DNA of 32,000 bases from Candidatus Thorarchaeota archaeon (lineage in GTDB: Archaea; Asgardarchaeota; Heimdallarchaeia; Hodarchaeales; Hodarchaeaceae): NCBI GenBank assembly GCA_048882505.1, contig JBHLRO010000013.1:69281-101280 (forward strand), in the 5' to 3' direction. A program made the translations under genes and the position numbers. How positions within the stretch are numbered: position 1 is the first letter of the stretch; each line of letters starts with the position of its first letter. This document shows, one piece after another, positions 27,767 to 32,000 of this stretch. The notes under the pieces were generated by a model. That model had not been told where the DNA came from and searched no databases. It was given only the letters and a program-made list of their open reading frames with translations.

Positions 27767-29065
27767 ATGGAATTCATTCAAGCGGACCAGCTTTCTACCA
27801 AAATCGGGGAATACGTCAATGTAAGGGGTTGGCTACATCATGTTAGACGTCAAGGAAAACTGACTTTTGTAGTAATACGTGATCATTCTGGATTTGTACA
27901 GGCGGTAATAAAGCCATCGAGCGGCGAAAAAGCCCAGGCCGTCGCGAGCAGGTTGACGCGAGAAACAGCAGTTACAGTGCAAGCCTCAGTCAAAGAGGAT
28001 GTTCGCGCACCATATAACGGAATAGAACTTCAAATCTCCGAAATAAATCCTGTCATTCAGTATGCGTCCTCTGATTTGGAGAATGAAATCCGACCCGATT
28101 CTGGACCCCAAGTCATGCTAGACAAACGTCATTTGGTCCTACGAGGCGAAAGATCAGCAAATATCATGCGCCTCCGCGATTTGGTTACAAGACAAATTCG
28201 AACGTTCTTTTTTTCGAGGGATTTTATTGAAGTTACTCCCTCGACAATCGTACAAACCCAAGTTGAAGGTGGTTCCACCCTCTTTGCATTCAACTACTTC
28301 GATCAGGAAGCTTACCTAACTCAATCTTCTCAATTATATTTGGAAACTGTCCTTCCAAGTCTGGGAAATGTGTTTTGCGTTCTTCCATCTTTCCGGGCCG
28401 AGAAATCTAGAACACGAAGACATCTAACAGAATATACGCATATAGAAGGAGAAATGCCCTGGTTCGACTTCGAGGATTTATTAGATTTCATGGAAGATCT
28501 GATCATTCATGTGTACGAGACCATGCAGGACAATCCCATATTAGCTCAATTTAATACTATCGAAGTCCCTTCAAAACCATTTGAACAGGTTTCCTATGAA
28601 CGTGCAATCGATCTTTTACGTGAATATGATATTAAAGGTGAGGAAGGGGAATTCTTGGAACATGGAGATGATATTACCGAAGCTCCAGAACGAGCTTTGG
28701 TTGATTCCATTGGAAAACCAACCTATCTGACTCATTTCCCAACTGGAATGAAACCCTTTTACATGAAAGTAAATGAAAAGAATCCAGATGTTATGAATGC
28801 CGCTGATCTGCTCCTTCCCGGAGTGGGAGAAATCATCGGGGCCTCCCAACGAGAAGATGAATATAGCATACTCCTTCGACGAATGAAGGAGGAAGGCCTC
28901 GACCCTGCTCTATATTATTGGTATCTAGATCAACGAAAGTACGGTACCGTACCACACTCAGGTTTCGGACTTGGCTTAGAACGGTTGGTTCAAACGATCC
29001 TGAATCTAGATCATATCAGGGAAGCTTGCCTATACCCACGCTTAATTAACCGGGCCACTCCTTAA
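27767..29065 (+). CDS. asnS: Asparagine--tRNA ligase
   Basis: OB-fold VRGWLHHVR, LTQSSQLYLE, motif 2 FRAEKSRTRRHLTEY, GEIIGASQRE, motif 3 PHSGFGLGLER. Confidence 0.96.
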   Translation: MEFIQADQLSTKIGEYVNVRGWLHHVRRQGKLTFVVIRDHSGFVQAVIKPSSGEKAQAVASRLTRETAVTVQASVKEDVRAPYNGIELQISEINPVIQYASSDLENEIRPDSGPQVMLDKRHLVLRGERSANIMRLRDLVTRQIRTFFFSRDFIEVTPSTIVQTQVEGGSTLFAFNYFDQEAYLTQSSQLYLETVLPSLGNVFCVLPSFRAEKSRTRRHLTEYTHIEGEMPWFDFEDLLDFMEDLIIHVYETMQDNPILAQFNTIEVPSKPFEQVSYERAIDLLREYDIKGEEGEFLEHGDDITEAPERALVDSIGKPTYLTHFPTGMKPFYMKVNEKNPDVMNAADLLLPGVGEIIGASQREDEYSILLRRMKEEGLDPALYYWYLDQRKYGTVPHSGFGLGLERLVQTILNLDHIREACLYPRLINRATP

Positions 29066-29207
29066 GCTCTTCATTGCCTTGTATTCAAACAGGTGAGGAA
29101 AGCAAATTAACCATTAAAGTTAAATATACGTAGAAAACGCATTAATGATGATACGCAGATATGGAACATGATGAGTAACACTCTCGTCACAAAACAGGTG
29201 TAAACAT

Positions 29208-29462
29208 ATGTCAGCTGATAAACTATACGATAAATGGGTGAATGCTAAATTTGAAGGGAAAATAGTGGTCTCTGTTACCCAGAAGGGCGACTTTAAGAAT
29301 CTCGGGATTTCTTTCATAAACGGGCGTTCCTATAATACGAAATTGGGAGATGCTATGAGTATCCAGCTCGGCGCATGGGAGCTTCGGGAGCTCCTTGAAG
29401 CTCTACAAGCTGTTCAAGATCAATACTTCCCCCCTCCTGAATCAAAACTAAAGAGTGATTAG
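29208..29462 (+). CDS. Hypothetical protein, 84 aa; possible PC4/PUR/Whirly-like nucleic-acid-binding fold
   Basis: AGGTG Shine-Dalgarno site before ATG; alternating beta strands followed by the helix LGAWELRELLEALQAV. The fold is an inference. Confidence 0.68.
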   Translation: MSADKLYDKWVNAKFEGKIVVSVTQKGDFKNLGISFINGRSYNTKLGDAMSIQLGAWELRELLEALQAVQDQYFPPPESKLKSD

Positions 29463-29529
29463 GAACCCTTTCCACACCAATCGTTGGTTCAAAAACAAGC
29501 ATGATTAGGGTGAAGGAGTGAAGGGGAGG

Positions 29530-29546
29530 TTGGAGGATATCTCCAA
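29530..29546 (-). terminator. Short hairpin just downstream of the uDENN-like gene
   Basis: TTGGAG-GATAT-CTCCAA, followed on the minus strand by a pyrimidine-rich tract; lies between convergent genes. Confidence 0.25.
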
Positions 29547-29551
29547 AGAGA

Positions 29552-29989
29552 TCACGGAATGGCCTTCAACCATTCTTCCAGTCTGTTCGTCAGTTGCTGA
29601 TTTAGAGGTTGCCCGAAAGAGTAATTCGAATTGAGAATATCACGAATTTCGGTGGCCGAACGCGAAAGTTCGGATGCGCTCGAATATAGCTGATTATTTT
29701 GATCCTGATCAACTACGGCCGATAGAGTGATCATACGACGTTCTCCGCTCTGAGTCCTTTGATCTAGTTCTGTGCAATAGATGAAAACAACTTTCTTTTC
29801 CTGGGGGAATGGAATAATCACCTCACCCTCCAAAGGATGTGATGTAGAAGTGTCTACAAGACGAAATGCAGATATTATGGACTTTGCCGCTATTATCTTT
29901 GTTAAAATGGGATCTTTGATAGTTGAGAAAACAGCGATTGGCCCTACTTTTTCATCGAAAGCTGAGAAGACGAGATCCATGATTTTCAC
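29552..29989 (-). CDS. Stand-alone uDENN/longin-like domain protein
   Basis: N-terminal LVFSAFDEKVGPIAVF matches the F-x-x-F-D/H-x-x-x-G-P signature of uDENN/longin domains, followed by helix, beta strands and C-terminal helices. Confidence 0.68.
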   Translation of the reverse strand: MKIMDLVFSAFDEKVGPIAVFSTIKDPILTKIIAAKSIISAFRLVDTSTSHPLEGEVIIPFPQEKKVVFIYCTELDQRTQSGERRMITLSAVVDQDQNNQLYSSASELSRSATEIRDILNSNYSFGQPLNQQLTNRLEEWLKAIP

Positions 29990-30212
29990 AGATTTTTTCC
30001 GAGTTCCTTGTTAGAAAGCCACTTTAATTAAAGGACATTTTATCTTTGAGTGGATTTAAAACCTATCTCTTCTTTCTTGACCTTATCCGAATACTAGAGT
30101 TTTCAATGTATTGCGAGAAAGGGAGGATTACTCATCCATTTGGGTATCTATCTTTTAGCCATCGAACGCAAAGCTGAAGAATATTCGTAAACACATAAGT
30201 TTCGCCATCAGT

Positions 30213-31541
30213 GTGGCACCTAAACCTATGGAAGTTTGGAACATGGCAGATTGGAATCAACTACGAGCAAGGTTGAAGGTTTCTAAAGAGAAATTAGAAA
30301 TGATCAATAGATTTCTGGCATTAGAAAACAATCCCTTAACTAACGACCTGTTCAGTGTGATTGATAAGTATGGAGGAGTAGAGGAGATTAACAGAAAGGC
30401 CATCGCCGCTACAAGCCTTGAACAAATCCTTGAAAGAGTTGGAATTAGCAACGGCAAGTATCGAGAAGATCTTGAATGGTTAATCAAACAAAGAGATGAA
30501 GAAAAATTTATCGATATAGAATCTTATAGACAAAAAGTGCTAGGGGAACGATACCGAACCTTGGATTTTGATGAAGCATTTGCTGTTACTCTCGAGCTCT
30601 CTGCATGCCAATATTTCCCGTTCCTGATCAGGCAGGCCAAGCAGGCGGTAAAACGACAAGAATTAATGCCAGGACGGATAATTCGAGTTCGACGTATGAA
30701 AGAACAGGAAGAAGACGGGGATCTCCTTGCAATGATTGCCGCGATGCAGATCATAGGAGCCTCTTATGTCGAGACCTTGGATACAAAAGGGACAGCACCA
30801 GGACTTGATGGGGCACCAGTGAATGTTCATTTGGGCGGGCCAGATACAATCACGGGTTATTTTGGAGGAGTAGGCCAGCCAAATGAGTTTGCCCTCAAGT
30901 GGCTCGATGAGTATCTCTACTATTACACAAATTATGGGATTAAACAGGTTTTGAATATTAATCCTGGGACCGTACTATTGGGCTACTTCCTCTACAAACT
31001 GGGAATTGATAACGAGTTTAAAATTTCGGTATTCATGGGAAATGACAATCCATTCGCGGTCTTATGGACTTTACTGACTGCAAAATTGTTTGAACGTGAG
31101 GATGGTACGAGTCCTTTAATTGGTTTTAACCTATCAAATTCTGTAAATAACTCGACAATTGAATTATGCGCATATATTCGCAAGGAATTCAATTTTGAAT
31201 CGGTTGTTAGATTAGAACATCATATAGTTGAGACTTGGAAAAGCATCGTTCGCCAGCCATATGACAGGCGCCAAGAACTCTTACATTTAGCACAATCGGT
31301 GAAAAATATATCAGCGAAACATGAAGGCGGCAATGTCGAAGTAGAAAGAACTCGGGATCATCCATCCGACATTCTCGACTACTTTAGAGAAAAGAACGAG
31401 GTTCTAGAATCGGGCGACTGGGATGCGCTCCTCGTCAACTATCTCGATCGACACGAAGCTGTAAACACAACCGCACGACTGTTAACGGAGAATGGCATCG
31501 CTTTTATTGCTGCTCAAAATCTTCATCATAAACGGGGTTAA
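30213..31541 (+). CDS. Uncharacterised 442-aa protein, probable TIM-barrel enzyme
   Basis: Long ORF with enzyme-like Gly/His/Asp/Glu-rich motifs (ETLDTKG, HLGGPDTITGYFGGVGQPN, RLEHHI, AKHEGG, DRH); 7 nt upstream of an aminotransferase. Confidence 0.85.
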   Translation: MAPKPMEVWNMADWNQLRARLKVSKEKLEMINRFLALENNPLTNDLFSVIDKYGGVEEINRKAIAATSLEQILERVGISNGKYREDLEWLIKQRDEEKFIDIESYRQKVLGERYRTLDFDEAFAVTLELSACQYFPFLIRQAKQAVKRQELMPGRIIRVRRMKEQEEDGDLLAMIAAMQIIGASYVETLDTKGTAPGLDGAPVNVHLGGPDTITGYFGGVGQPNEFALKWLDEYLYYYTNYGIKQVLNINPGTVLLGYFLYKLGIDNEFKISVFMGNDNPFAVLWTLLTAKLFEREDGTSPLIGFNLSNSVNNSTIELCAYIRKEFNFESVVRLEHHIVETWKSIVRQPYDRRQELLHLAQSVKNISAKHEGGNVEVERTRDHPSDILDYFREKNEVLESGDWDALLVNYLDRHEAVNTTARLLTENGIAFIAAQNLHHKRG

Positions 31542-31548
31542 TGCACTT

Positions 31549-32000
31549 ATGATCGATTTCAATCGTTTACGTACAGGTGCCGGCATTTTTGAAATCCTAG
31601 GTAAGGCCATTGCTCTAGAGCGAGAAGGAAAAGACGTATTACACTTCGAAATCGGACAGCCAGACTTTTCAACCCCAGATCACATTAAAAATGCGGCAAA
31701 AGATGCTCTGGATAGCAATTTTACAAGCTATGTGGCCACAACGGGCATTCATGAGCTAAAAGTAGCAATTCAGGAGGAAATTGAAAAAACCCGGGGATTT
31801 CGGCCCACTTTAAACCAAATCCTTGTCCTTCCCGGTGCAAATTCTGGGATCTATTTCATGATGAGAGCGGCTGTCCGGGATCCCCACCATTCCGAAATTA
31901 TTTACCCTGACCCAAGCTTCCCATCCTTCGCCGCCGTTATTTCATACATGAATGCCAAAGGTGTTCCCATCCCCTTGAAAGAAGAGAATGAGTTTCGGCT
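31549..32000 (+). CDS. PLP-dependent class I/II aminotransferase (aspartate aminotransferase-like), partial
   Basis: Absent from the ORF track. ATG 31549 opens MIDFNRLRTGAGIFEILGKAIALEREGKDVLHFEIGQPDFSTP...YVATTGIHEL...VLPGANSGI...YPDPSFPSF and runs off the right edge. Confidence 0.9.
   Translation, partial: MIDFNRLRTGAGIFEILGKAIALEREGKDVLHFEIGQPDFSTPDHIKNAAKDALDSNFTSYVATTGIHELKVAIQEEIEKTRGFRPTLNQILVLPGANSGIYFMMRAAVRDPHHSEIIYPDPSFPSFAAVISYMNAKGVPIPLKEENEFR

Noticed and set aside
775-31192. Numerous 60-125 aa ORFs in the track that overlap longer genes (e.g. 775-1044, 4871-5122, 5320-5616, 5761-6135, 10672-11049, 16377-16670, 19123-19377, 30257-30487)
   Set aside because: They are antisense or off-frame shadows of well-supported genes and carry no motifs of their own.
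31541-31552. ATG overlapping the upstream TAA (TAATG) as the aminotransferase start
   Set aside because: It reads ATG CAC TTA TGA and stops after three codons; the coding frame starts at ATG 31549.
1-32000. CRISPR arrays, rRNA, IS elements, integrases or prophage genes
   Set aside because: No regularly spaced repeats, rRNA-like tracts, transposase or integrase motifs, or terminal inverted repeats were seen.

Overview
A gene-dense archaeal chromosomal window, inferred to come from an Asgard archaeon (probably Heimdallarchaeia-like). The inference rests on an Arf-family GTPase fused to a longin domain, a Rab-like GTPase, a stand-alone uDENN/longin protein, a long TPR protein and a eukaryote-like AsnRS, alongside archaeal markers (oapABC, a RAD55/KaiC-like ATPase, an archaeosortase, GGAG/GGTG Shine-Dalgarno sites). 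Layout from left to right: (1) a partial TPR gene missed by the ORF track and a nuclease-less type ISP-like adenine methyltransferase; (2) a transport/metal-homeostasis block (BtpA, two ZIP transporters, two DMT/EamA, MscS, Nudix, a Cys-containing SufR/COG2345-type regulator, a heterodimeric ABC exporter, MFS); (3) the oapABC GTPase operon, preceded by a stop-interrupted zinc-finger micro-ORF and facing a coiled-coil/winged-helix gene; (4) a sugar-phosphate nucleotidyltransferase with a degenerate phosphohexomutase; (5) the small-GTPase neighbourhood with KaiC-like ATPase, lipoate ligase, disrupted archaeosortase and asnS; (6) a conserved-looking 442-aa unknown followed by a partial PLP aminotransferase. 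No rRNA, tRNA, CRISPR array or transposase was found. The best leads are the Arf-longin/Rab/uDENN neighbourhood, the oapABC plus coiled-coil-wHTH locus, the pseudo-phosphomutase pair and the 442-aa protein. All family assignments come from motif recognition by eye; no database search was run.
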